A DNA stretch of 64,000 bases, taken from assembly GCF_000315625.1 (NCBI RefSeq), contig NW_005434672.1, positions 961,374 through 1,025,373 on the forward strand, read 5' to 3'. The position numbers and the translations under genes are program-made. Positions 11,215-23,796 of the stretch are shown in pieces; position 1 is the first letter of the stretch; every line of letters starts with the position of its first letter. Source of the DNA: Guillardia theta CCMP2712 (lineage: Eukaryota; Protista; Cryptophyta). The notes beneath the pieces were generated by a model. The model made no database searches. It was not told where the DNA came from and saw only the letters and a list, made by a program, of their open reading frames with translations.

Positions 11215-14200
11215 ATGGCTTCCCTTCCTGAGGAGTGGTATAATCCTAATGCGAAAGGAAAGGTAAAACCTCTGCCGGTGCGGAGGATCGTGGACGACTT
11301 GCTACGACAAGGATACAATGACGATCAGGTTATGGAGTACATGAGCTCGAATTATCATGATTTCGTGGAGGTAGAAGGTATCACACGGGAGAAAATCGAT
11401 GCTGTGCGAACCAGACAGAATCATGAGATGAAAGGAGTGCCAAGGGAGAACAGAACCTCCTACCGAGAAGCCTTGATCAAATGCCTCGGCGCCCTCGCCG
11501 TGCCTTGGTTGAACAAGCTCAACAGTGTTGGCAACAACCGTCTTGATCTGAACAAGCTTGGTATCACGCAAGTGCCTGAGGAAATCTTTGACAAGACAAC
11601 CAGCAAGTTCATCTTCAGCCTCTCGCTCTCCAACAATCTGCTGCATCATCTGCCAAGAAACGTGCGAGAACTGCAGGAGGTGACCTCTGTCAACTTGTCA
11701 GCGAATCGTCTCAAGGAGCTGCCTCCTGAGCTAGGGGACTTGAAGAAGCTCAAGATTTTAAACCTTGAGAAGAACAAACTTAAGCTGCTCCCAAATGAGT
11801 TCGGAAATCTCAGGAGTTTGGAAACCTTGATTCTTGCATACAATGAGCTGGAATGTCTCCCTATCACACTTGCTCGTCTCAAATCTTTGACGGTCTTGAC
11901 TGTTACGAACAATCCTTCCTTGCAAAGTCCTCCTTCTCATATCATCGACTCGGGATTGAGAGCCATTCTAGGTTTCCTGGAGGTCTTGGACGAGGGCAAT
12001 GAAACCGGACGGCTTTGGCTATCCGGGTTCAAACTGAAGGCCATCCCTCCTGAGGTGATGGACCCTCGGACGTTTGACTCTTTCACTAGATTTCAAACAA
12101 CTTTGACAGAGTTGGATTTGAGTAACAACTCCATCGCGAGCATACCGGATGAAATCTCTCTTTGCAATGTTGCAAACCCAACGGCTAGCCGTTTCAGTGG
12201 GTTGACTTCGCTTGAATTGTCAAACAACTTGCTCCATGCGGTCCCTCGTTTCATTGTCTCCTTGTCGAGATTGAGAAATCTCAATCTCGAGAGAAATGCT
12301 GCTTTGAATGTGTTGCCGGTCGAGCTCGGAAACCTGACAGACCTTACCAATCTCCTTGTGTCGTCGTCCAGCAATCAATCCAAGGATCAAAAACCATTCC
12401 AGAGTCCACCGCCTGAAATTCTAAATCTTTCGTTGGAGGTTTCGACGTATGACAAGGAGATTGGGATCTATCGACAAGGGTCAGCCGGCATCACAGTGAA
12501 TTACCTGAGAATGATCAACGACTCAAAACTCTCAAAATGCATTTTGCTCTCAAACATGGGGTTGAATGTATTTCCTCCAGAACTACAAATTGCTGCAGAA
12601 ACGGTCTACTTGGAAGCAAGTGATAGAAATAAGCAATCTGCAAAGCAGGAACGATTCAGAAAGACATTTTTGGAACCATTGGATTCGTTTTATGAGATGG
12701 AAAGTATAACATTGAGTCGAAACCTGATCAAGAAGATTCCTGAAGCCATCGGAGCCTTTCATGCCTTGAATTCACTTGACTTTGCACACAACCAGCTTGT
12801 TGCATTACCTGATAGTATCGGAATGCTCACCAATCTAACAGAACTGATGCTTTCGTACAATCTGATATCATCCATACCTGATAGCATCAAGAAATGCGTC
12901 ATGCTCGAGACGTTTCTGGCCCAAAGCAACAAGATCGTTAAGGTTTCCAAGGGCATCTTTGAGTGCAACAAGTTGAAAGTGTGTAGGATGGATCACAATC
13001 TGATATCAGAGCTGCCTCCGGAAATCCTCGGTGCTAGTTCGCTGACAGTATTGAATTTGTCTTTCAATGGCCTAAAAAGCCTCCCTGATTCTCTTTGCAG
13101 CCACGTACACTTGAGATTTCTTCACCTTGACTCGAACAAGCTGACTGAGCTTCCGCCCTCCATCGGAAGATTCGAAGAGTTGATTGAGTTGTCTCTGAGA
13201 AACAATGATCTCACTGAAATCCCTCCTGCTGTTGGAAAATTGTACAATTTGAGAATTTTGAATATTGAGGGCAATGACAAGTTGGTTAGCCCCCCCTTAT
13301 CTGTTGCGTCGCGCGGCATGAACAACATCAAGGTGTTTTTGAACAGAATCACTGCAGCTGGAATTACTAAAACCCTCTCGTTGCCGTTTACAAGCTTGCA
13401 GACATTTCCACAACCTGTCTTCGGCTTGCACCATTTGACGAAGCTAGACCTATCGCACAATCAGCTGAAGGCCATTCCCAAGGAAATTTCAGCTTTCACA
13501 GAGGTGGTTGACTTGAAGTTATCATTTAATCGGCTCAGGTCAGTTCCGGAAGAAGTTGGCCTGTTGGAACATTTGCGTACTTTACATCTGAACAATAACC
13601 AACTGAGAGACCTTCCTGGCTCCATGGCTGGTTTGGCAAGTCTCTTCGAACTTTGCCTACACAGTAACAAGATGCGACACATCCCACTGTGTCTTGGCGC
13701 CTTGGAGAATGTACGATACCTTTCGATCGCTGACAACCCAATTGAAGATCCTCCACCAGAGATCGTCAATGGACTGAACGGTTCAAAGGACACTTTCAAT
13801 TATGTGAAGAATATGTTTGATGCCTTGTCTTCTGACTTTCTTAATTTTGAGTCTTTCAATCTTGCGAGTATTCCGCAGACTATCCTTGCATTGACTAACT
13901 TGCAAGTAATTTATCTTGGAAAGAATTTGTTGAAGGACATCCCTCCAGCTCTGGGACGTTTGAAGCGTTTAAATACATTGTGTCTGGACTACAATCAAAT
14001 TCAGAATGTCCCTGATGAGATCCGAACATTGTCTGAAATTCAAGTGTTTGACCTCAGCCACAACTGCCTCTCTACATTTCCAACTGTCGTGCTTAATATG
14101 CAAAAGATGAAAGAGTTACGTCTGAACAGCAACAAGATACACAGCATTCCAGAACGAATGGATCAACTATCAGCTTTAACCTGTCTTGCTGTCAGTGAAA

Positions 14201-17200
14201 ATCCGATTGAAAGCATTCCAGTCAATGTGAGCAAGCTAACATGTTTGAGAGAATTGAGGTTCGATGGTACTCAAATTCGCCGAATTCCGGTGGAGCTAGC
14301 TAATCTTTCATATTTGCGCTGTCTGAAAATGGACGATGCAAAAATGATTGATCCCTCTCCCGCGATCTGCCAAGGCGGTTTGCAGTTGATCATGGACTAC
14401 CTTTCTTCGACTCTGAGCGCATCAATTTCCAAGCGGCTGAACTTGAATCAGAGCTATCTCTCTCACTTCCCTGATGTTGCCCTGCAAAGATTACATGGCT
14501 CGATCACATGTCTGCATCTTTCCAGAAACAATTTCACCGACCTTCCAGAACAGTTTGCCAAGATGAGGTGGTTGACTGAGCTTGACTTGAGTTACAATCA
14601 GCTTGGAAAGGTGCCTCTCGCCGTCTGCAAATTAATCAGGTTGCAAGTTTTGAATCTGAAAGGAAATGTTGACATAAGGCACTTACCTGTGGAGTTGGGC
14701 CACCTGAAGGAGCTTTCTAAGCTTCATGTCTCCAGTGACTTTCTTCTGTCGCCTCCAGCTGAGATCGTGAAGAAAGACAAGCCGAATTTCTCACAGAACG
14801 CTGCCCTGGGAGTTGTGGAGTACCTTCAGATCGTGTCTGAGAGCAGGTTTGCCAGCTCCCTTACCTTATCCCGCATGGGGTTACGACAGTTTCCTCCCGA
14901 GCTAGTAACAGCGCTGAGCTCTTTTTGGGAGTACTCAGAGGCAAGAGGAGTGTTTCTGACCGGCGAAGGAAACCTGAAGTATCTACAAGAAGTCGTCTTG
15001 GATCATAATAACATACAGATACTCCCTGCCGTCATCTCGCAGATGCCTTGCCTTGAATCACTCAACGCTTCTGCCAACCTGATTCAGACCTTACCTGCCT
15101 CTGTTGGAAATCTGATCTCCCTCAAGTCACTCGATCTCAGCAAGAACGGGCTAGTGGCCATCCACGAGGAGATTTCGAACTTGGTGAACTTAGAACAACT
15201 CAAACTGCATGAGAACGAGATCACCGAGGTGCCGGAGTGTATCAGTGCACTGCAGAGCTTGAAAGAGTTCTCTCTCAGTCAGAACAACCTCGTCCAGCTG
15301 CCAAACTCCTTGCCCCAGCTCACGGGCTTGAAAAATCTGCTGGTTGCAAAGAACAACTTATCTGTGGACTGCGGAGGCTGGGGGCTGCCAGGCATCTCAT
15401 ATGAAGTTGGATACATGACGAATCTAGTTGAGATTGATCTTACCAAGAATGAGCTGCTGAAAGTTCCTCCGATGGATGTCTGCAAGGGAGCATCAAAGAA
15501 CATCCTGTACTTCCTGAGAGCGCTGTATGAAGCCAGGAAGTCTAACGCGATCGATCTGAAGGAGCTTGACTTGAGAGAGATTCCTGATATTCTTATGCTC
15601 ATGTCTAACTTGCACTCGATCAACTTGTCGTCGAATGCCATTCGATTCATCAAGGCAGATGTGAAGAATCTGACGACGTTGACACACCTCAACCTTGACA
15701 AGAACGACCTGGTCACGTTGCCTGACGACCTCACGAGGATCTCGAACCTGATTTCTCTGAGCTGCAACTACAATCAACTCAAGGCTCTCCCCTTCACATG
15801 CAACAAGTGGGTCAGGATGGAGAAATTATACGCGACTGACAACAAGATTCGTCATCTCCCCGAGACCATCTGCGAGATGCCGAACTTGACAGACCTTGAC
15901 CTCGACAGGAACTGCCTGCTGGACCTGCCGGAGGCGTTTGTCCTCTGCACCAGCCTCACTAGGCTCAAGTTTGACACGTCGGAGATGGTCAAGGGGAGCC
16001 CCGCAAGAGAGTTGCCAGACGGGATCAAGAGATGTGAGATCCCCGCTGAGATTGCGATCCGCGGAGTTGAGACCATTATCAATCACTTCTTCAAGATGCA
16101 CGTGGCATGGACATCTAAATCGCTTGACTTGAGCGGGTTTGGGCTGCGTTACGTCATGAATGATGTCTGTAACTTGTCAGTCTTGACGTCTCTGGACCTC
16201 TCAGAGAATCGATTGTTTTGTTTGCCTTCCGCCATGTCTGTTCTCACAAACCTCAAATCTTTGAATCTTGATCGCAATCTTTCCTTGGATCATTTTCACC
16301 ATCACCTGCACGTTCTCACAAACCTGCAGAAGATTTCAATCAAAGCCGGGCTGCTTGATAGCTGGCTTCATCCCGCCATAGAGATGAAGTGGCCGCCGAC
16401 CATCGTTGCAAGAGACGCAAAGCTCATGATCAAGTACCTGACGGTGCTCAACGACTGTGTGGGGTATGAATACGTCGAGAGCGGTCACACGCATTACGTC
16501 TCCTCCAACAAGTTGGACTACAGGTTCGTTCCCCATGAGGTTGCCTTGGACCCCGTGACTGCTGGCGAGATCGACTCGGATGCCAAGAGATCGTTCCCTA
16601 ACTTCCCTCCTGAGATCGATCGACTCGGCCTGACCAACCTGACGTGGCTCCAGCTTCCTGGGGGTCGAATCACCTCTGAAATGATCTCTGAACACATACC
16701 CAAGATCCCCAAGTTGAAGAAGCTGGTGTTGATTGATCAGGAGATTGAGTACATTCCACCTGAGATCGCTATCCTTTCCAACTTGGAGGTGTTGTGCTTC
16801 ACTGGGAACAGGATCAAGGAGATTCCTGACTTGATCTTCAAGATTCAAACTCTCACGAAGCTAATCTTGGTCGAAAATCACATCACAAAGGTTCCCAAGG
16901 AGTTGGGGCTGCTGACCAACCTGACGGACCTTGTTCTCACTTACAACAAACTGAAAACACTTCCCAAGGAGATCGGAGAGTTGTGGAAACTGGACTACCT
17001 TGTGTTGGATGAAAACATGATCACTGAACTGCCGGACTCTATAGAGCATCTGACAAGCCTGAAGGAGCTGTCTTTCAACGACAACCGAATCACTCGATTT
17101 CCTCTCTCCCTTGGCGCTTTGACTCAGCTGGAGATTCTGGAGTTTGCAAAGAACCCTCCGATAGTCATGCCCCCGAAGCAAGTCTTGAAGTGCGAGGTGC

Positions 17201-19984
17201 AGGTAGTCATTGACTTCCTCTACCGACTTTGGCACTGCCGAGTGACATCAAAACTTGACCTGAGAAACTTTGCACTCAACGAAGACACGCTGCAGGTGGT
17301 GGTGGGGGAGGTGTCTATGTACTGCACAGAGCTAGATCTCTCCAAGAACTCTCTTACCTTCCTCCCTTCAAACATCAGGGAGCTTTCAGGCCTGAAGAAG
17401 CTTGAACTGTCGCAGAACAACCTGAGAAACCTTAACCTGGAGATCGAAGTCGAAGTTGCTCAGGTCGAGCAAGACGAAGACGACATCGGCCCAATCAACC
17501 TCACGCTGATGAAACTGTACAAGAGCATCGAGCTAGAGGAACTTTACAACGTGATGGCGAAGGATCATGGTGTTCGAAAAGTCATAGATCTTGTTGAATT
17601 CGTCAAAGACAACCAGAAAGTTGAAAGTTTGCCGATCGGCCCCCTCGAGAAGATAAGATTGATAGATGCAGTCTACGGTCTATCCCAAGAGAACACCCAC
17701 CTGGAGGATGAGTATGAACAAGCCTCTGAAGGAAGTTCTAACGAGGAGGGTGAGGATAATGTGGAGGAGGCAGAAAGGGAAAGGTCAAAACCCATGGAAG
17801 AATTCCTGGAGGATAATTTTGCTGGGCAAAACTTCAAGGTTGACTTCAGCATGATCAAGAATGCTGCGCATGCGACGAAAGTTGTGTTCTATCAGGCCAT
17901 CCTGTCGGTGAAAGCCAAACTGATAGAGCGGAAGCGCAGGAAAGATCTGAGGGCACATGACAAGACGGTTGCAAAGAAGGCTTCAGGGTTTAAGAGAAAG
18001 TTGGAACGGATGGAGGCAGGAGGTATGCCAAAGAAGAAGGGAAAGAAGAAGGGGAAGAAGATTTTTGCTTCGGAAGAAGAGAGGCTAGAGCATGAGAGAA
18101 AGGCACAAGCAAACTTCTCAGAAGCTCTTGCTCTCCAAGAGGCGAAGAAATCGACAATTGACGACATTGTCCTGGACGCTGAGATGGGCGGGGGGCTGGT
18201 GAAGCAGAATATCTACTCCGTTGCCACCTTGACTGAGCTTGTCGAGTTGAGATGTCGCAAGAGCATGTTAGAGTATCTTCCTGAAGACATTGGGAAACTC
18301 ACCGATCTCACCATCTTGGACTGCTCCAAGAATGACATCCGATGGATACCTCCAAGTTTTTCAGATCTGGTAAGTTTGAAAGTTGTAGATCTGCGAAACA
18401 ATATCCTCTACGAACTTCCTGAGAACATCGGGAACTGCCAGTCGCTCTCACAACTCTATCTGCAACACAACAAGCTCTACAACCTCCCGGCTTCACTGTG
18501 CAAAGCACCTCTGAAGACGCTGAGAATCGATCACAACAATTTTGACATCCTTCCAGAAGCTCTTGACAAGATCCTGGGTGTGGAAGTTTTCTCCTTCTCG
18601 CACAACAAAGTCAAACGATTTTCCAACAACTTCGGGCAGTTTGCGAGGTCGCTGACAGAGTTGAAACTCGCGTACAACAACTTCAGCATGATGTCGATCG
18701 TGTTCACGAACATGAACAACCTGAAGGTTCTTGATATCTCAGGAAATCCTGTAAGTCGTACATGCATCCCTGCTCACGTCGATGCTGAAATGTTTGCAGG
18801 TGAAGAACGTTCCGGATCATATCTCGAGCTGCGAGAAATTGGAAGAGCTTTATGTGAATCTTTGCAGCCTGGACAAGATCAGCATCTACTTGGCAGAATG
18901 CAGGAATTTGAAAGAGCTGCACTATGATGGAAACGACCTGATGAGATATCCTCCCAAGGAAGTACAGGTCAAGGGCCCAACGACGATGATGCGATATTTC
19001 AGACAAATCCTTGACTGCCCCAAGCACAACATGATGCTTCTTGACGGCTTCGACTTGTCTGACTTTGACAACATCATCTTGAACTACCCCAAGATAACTT
19101 GGCTGGACATGTCAAATAACAACCTGATGAAGATCCCCACAGAGATCAGGCAGCTTCAACAGATCGCACTTGTGAATGTCTCGCACAACAAGCTCGGCTG
19201 TATCCCGAAGATTCTCACTCTCATGTACTGCATCCAGGACTTTGCCATAGACGGCAACGGAATCGAACAGATTGAGCCGAGCATCGCACTGCTAACAGGG
19301 CTGACCAGGTTGTCTCTCTCGGAGAACCGGATCTCTAGGATGCATCCAGCGCTGTTCAAGCTCACTCAGCTCACCATCCTCAACCTCAACAGCAACAGAC
19401 TGCAGAAGATCCCAGAGAGCATCAGAAACTTGGAGCAGCTCGTCACCTTCTCCTGCGGCAGCAACTTCATCGAAGACATTCCTCCGGAGATCTGTGAACT
19501 TGACAACCTGCGGCAGCTTGTCTTGTTCGGCAACAACATCCGCCATGTCTGCCCAGAGCTTGGAGGCCTGACGGGGCTGGAAGTCCTATCGCTCTCTCAG
19601 AATCAGCTCACAGACATTCCGAAGCAGATGTTGAAGACTCTGACCAACTTGAAGGAGCTGTGGTTGGCTTTCAACCACCTTCACAGCATCCCGTCCAGCA
19701 TCGGGTACCTGAAGCACCTAGAGCAGCTCTGGCTGCAGGATAACGAGCTTGAGAGTCTTCCGCCGCAGATCGGGAGCTTGAAGAACCTCAATGTGCTGAC
19801 TCTGACCGGCAACAGGATCTCAGAGCTTCCGGACTCCCTCAAGAGACTGGAAATCTCCCAGTATCACGAGGGTCACGTGGACAAGAACAAGAAGAATGTT
19901 CACGTATCAGGTGAAGAAGGAGCGGAGTATTGGCAAGACCTCGAACTGGATCGATTTGTGCAGGAAAGCTACCCGCTGTCTTGA
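11215..19984 (+). CDS. Giant leucine-rich-repeat protein (about 2906 aa); exons 11215-18750 and 18800-19984
   Basis: Dozens of LxxLxLxxNxLxxLPxxI repeats. The two overlapping ORFs join in frame through a 49-nt intron GTAAGT...TTTGCAG (18751-18799). No Roc/COR, kinase or TM domain seen. Confidence 0.9.
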
Positions 19985-20774
19985 TCATTTGTATATAATG
20001 TTTATTCTTTGATACGCTTTAAGTTGTACATCTCAATTCAATAAACTTGTGACTTGATCCATAGAATCCTATCATCGTGAAATGCGCTATCAACAGTTTT
20101 GCACCCAACGAACAACGATCATTGGGGAGCATGCTATGAAATGTTTAAAGCATGTTGCAATATTGTGGAACATGATGTCTCTTCATGGATTTATGAAATT
20201 CGATCTAGATATTTCGGAGAGTTTGAAAGTGCTGAATAGAACGACAAGCAGGGCAGTAGGCAGTAGAGTGAGGGCAAAGAGAATGAGAAGGCGAAGAGGA
20301 GAAGGCGAAGACGAATCGCACAGGGCACAGATAAGAAGGATATCAGAAGTATATGTACGTTACGAGTTGCGAAGGATTCTCCACATCACACGTAGCTCGA
20401 CACCATAGAAGATGAATGACTATGAATGTACTTCGCATATCTCAAGACAATACACGAGCTCAAACTTGTTTTCCGTACAGTATTCCAAGAGCTGATACAT
20501 TCGAATCTTTGACTCTCATTCGAATCTTTGACTCTCATGCTTCAACCGCATTCCGCACAAACTTCTTAATCAGCCTGACCTCTTTCTGTATCCATTCCAG
20601 ATGTCCCCGGTATCGAACAAACTCTTCCTACATCACCTTATCTTACACATCCCACATCCAATCTTGTACCTGCTTGCATCTCATCTCCTGTATCCTCAAC
20701 CTGCTCCTCTTGCCCCTCCTGTTCCCTCTCCTGTCATATCAACGGTCTAAACCTCCGACAGAGGACCTCGCATG

Positions 20775-20905
20775 TGGGGGTGATGGCTGAAAGGGGACCA
20801 ACTAAAGGGGTAGTTTCCAGTATGTTTTGCGGGGATATGCCGTGGTAGGGTAGTAGATCCCCATATCAAAGAGGTAGGGTCCTTCTCTTAGGGCGGTGCC
20901 ATGGT
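20775..20905 (+). promoter_or_regulatory. GGGGTA motif cluster upstream of NTH1
   Basis: GGGGGTAG, GGTAGGGTAG and GGTAGGGT directly before the predicted ATG at 20909. Confidence 0.3.
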
Positions 20906-20908
20906 AGG

Positions 20909-23488
20909 ATGCCAGGGATCGGAAGTAGAGGAAGTGGCGCGTTGAGGACGAGACCTGCTCCCTCCAGGTAGACTTGACTTGTCCTCTCTTAAGGTTTCGT
21001 GAGATCCGTCCTCCTGATCTCATGTTTGTGTTGTTTGCATCTGATTCTTGCATGGCAGGCTGTTGTTCATTGCAACTTTGGTGTCTGCATTCCGTCCGAT
21101 CTGCGCATTTCTGTGGATTCCTGCCTCCATCTTCTCTAGATTCACTCAGTCTACACAGCCAAGAGCTGCTGTTGAGCATTCGCGGGCTTCTGTGTCGTCG
21201 AGACTCGGCAGGATCAGCAGATCAATCGTTCCCAGTGTCTCTCTATCAACAGTGTCTCAGGCTGTTCCAACCCCCAGCTTCATTTCAAGATCCATGACCA
21301 TGCAGATGAATGGTGAAAATAAGGTAAATTATATTCTCGATCGATCTCACCACCACCTTCCTTCTCATCCTCATGTCAAGCATCGCTTTCTTTGTTCTTT
21401 AACCACATTCTTAGGTGAGTGGACGGAGAAAGAGAAAGGCAGCAACGTCCGTAGGAATAAGCGAAGAATCTCAGAATCTCCCCGATGGCAAGGGCCCACC
21501 ACAAGACGCAGGTATTGCAATGCTCGGACCGCAGCGAAAGCGGAGGCAGGCAACCAAAGTGAGTGAAGGAGCGAATGCCGTCGATGAGACAAAGCCTACA
21601 AAGAAGAGGACATATCAAAGAGCAAGAAAAGTCAAGCAAGAAGATGATACCTTGGAACCCATGGTGAAGAAAGAAGATGATTCTTTGACAATGATGGTGA
21701 AGAAAGAAGAAGAAGTCACAATGAGCCAGTGCAAGGATGAGATCAACAGCTCCGCCGCTGACGACAACAAACTCGAAGACTCCAAGTCAAGCGTAGAAGC
21801 TTCCCCAGGTTTGAGGTGCGCCTAGAGTTCAAGAAGTGATCTTGTTTCTCCAGAAAAGAAGAGCAGAAAACGAGTCCCCATACAGCCGGGCAGCTTGAAA
21901 CCTCCAAAGGGATGGAGGGACATTTATGACCTGGTAACAACTTTCGTGTGGTGAAAAAAAAATGACTGACATTCTTTCAGGTCGTTGAGCTGAGGAAAGA
22001 AAGAGATTTCCCGTAGACTGGGCAGGGAGCGAAGCGGTACGTGACACAGTGAAAGCGTTGCCGCATACTGGTCAGTGACAAGGGAGCCAGTTGGGGCTCA
22101 ACGAGGAGACAGGGATGATGGATGAATTCCACGCACTCGTTGCCTTGATGCTGAGCAGTCAGACGAAAGTGCTTAGTATATGTTATCCATGAGAACCTGA
22201 GCTGGTTGGCAGGACCAAGTTGTTGCCGAAGCCATGATCACGATGAAGAAGAGGGGATTGACGGTCTTAGTGCCTATCCACATGGCATACCTGACTTTGA
22301 AACATGATTTGCAGGTTGACTCTGTCTTAGAAATGTCGGACAAAGAGCTGGACTCCATGATCTCTAAAGTTTGCAAATACTCGCCCAACTGCCCGTGTCA
22401 TCTCAATTCATGTGATCAGGTTGGTTTCCACAACAACAAGACGAAGTTCATCAAGCAAGCTGCCATGATCTTGAAAGAGAAACACGGTCGAGTCGATCGC
22501 TACATGTCTTGTCTTGCTGATCGATGACTCTGTAGGAGGGAGGGTTCCTCGCACACTTGAAGAGCTTTGTGAGCTTCCAGGTAAACAGAAGGCGACTGTC
22601 CTCTTACTTGACTCGACCCGTTCAGGTGTTGGACCGAAGATGGCGCTAATCACGCTCAAGGCTGCGTTCGGAATCATTTCCGGGATCGGTGTGTGCAAGA
22701 GAAAGTTTTGCTGTAGTTGAGAAACTTTTGTAGGTGTCGATACGCACATGCACAGAATGTTCAACGAGCTGAAGTGGGTGAATTCTTCAACGCCGGAGAA
22801 AGTAAGGAGCGGTGGGTCAAACCTCTCTTTGCCTGACATTGATCATGGAAGACAAGAGAACAGCTCGAGGGCTGGCTACCCTATGAGGAATGGGGTACAC
22901 TGCTCATGCATACTTCTGTCGTGTTGAGGAGAGAGACAGGGAATATCAACGTCTTGTTCGTTGGACTAGGACAGGGAATACAGCAGGTGCAACTTGCAGC
23001 GGTCAGTTTGCACGAGATGACACCTTTACCATGTTCACAGCCTGCTGAAAGGATCAAACTGGTTCGCAGATGTATCGACTGCTCCAAGGTTCTTGTCACT
23101 TTCAGGAGGAGTGGAGGTCATCATTTAACCTGTTGTAGCCTCTAGAAGCGATCAAGCTCATCAAGTTTCTGGGCGCTGATGTGAAGGGAACGGTCGACAA
23201 GGAGACAGGAGAAAACGCGCTGCTGTATGCATGCAGGTGTCTTAACTAGTACGCCGCTGAGTCATCGCACGAGTAACATGCTTGCAGGCAAGGGAAGGTT
23301 GAAGTTGTCAAGCAGCTGCTAAGGATAGGCTGCAAGGTGAGGACTGGACCTCCTCTGACTTGATCCCACTTGACCCGCGGTCTCAGCGAGACCATCGCAA
23401 CACCATTGGAGAGAGCGCCCTGGACATAGCAAGGAAGCAGCAGTACGAGGAGCTCATTGCAATCTTGGAGAACAAGAAGTTGAACTAG
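20909..23488 (+). CDS. NTH1: Endonuclease III-like HhH-GPD DNA glycosylase/AP lyase with putative bipartite leader and C-terminal ankyrin repeats; many exons
   Basis: FHALVALMLSSQTKDQVV, VGFHNNKTKFIK, HhH LCELPGVGPKMA with the catalytic Lys, and GIGVDTHMHR with the catalytic Asp. C-terminus GENALLYACRQGKVEVVKQLL...GESALDIA is ankyrin-like. ATG 20909 joins the hydrophobic leader through intron 20968-21058. Confidence 0.88.
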
Positions 23489-23796
23489 AGATTTTTGCCA
23501 CATGTACGCTCCGAGCCTCGTTGCACCCTACTCCGCCACACCGCCCACTAGCCTCGGAATTTCGTTCTCCCGATAGTAAGCTCGAGGTCCCGGCAGTTTC
23601 GTTTGTTTTTTTCTTTTACAGATTGCCTTGTCTGGTTTTTTACTTTTTATTTTTTGTTCCCCCCCCTTCCTTGCAACCCATCGGTCCATGCAGGGGTGCC
23701 GCTCTTTGTATCTTGCCTGAAGCTTGCTCTCACGCGCTCGACATTCCTGCAAGCACAACATCATCTCGTCCTTGACAGAAGTAGAAAGAGACTGTT

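Noticed and set aside
11270-11370. CcmH cytochrome c biogenesis protein
   Set aside because: Only a short pattern resemblance; no CxxC, signal peptide or TM segment.
18782-18927. Overlap of the two LRR ORFs as a frameshift or two genes
   Set aside because: A canonical 49-nt intron (18751-18799) joins them in frame.
11215-19984. Roco/LRRK kinase or NLR assignment
   Set aside because: No P-loop, COR or kinase motifs are visible in the translation.
20499-20538. 19-bp direct repeat, and a possible small minus-strand gene at 20550-20770
   Set aside because: Only two adjacent copies with no spacer, so a local duplication; no convincing spliced ORF could be built.
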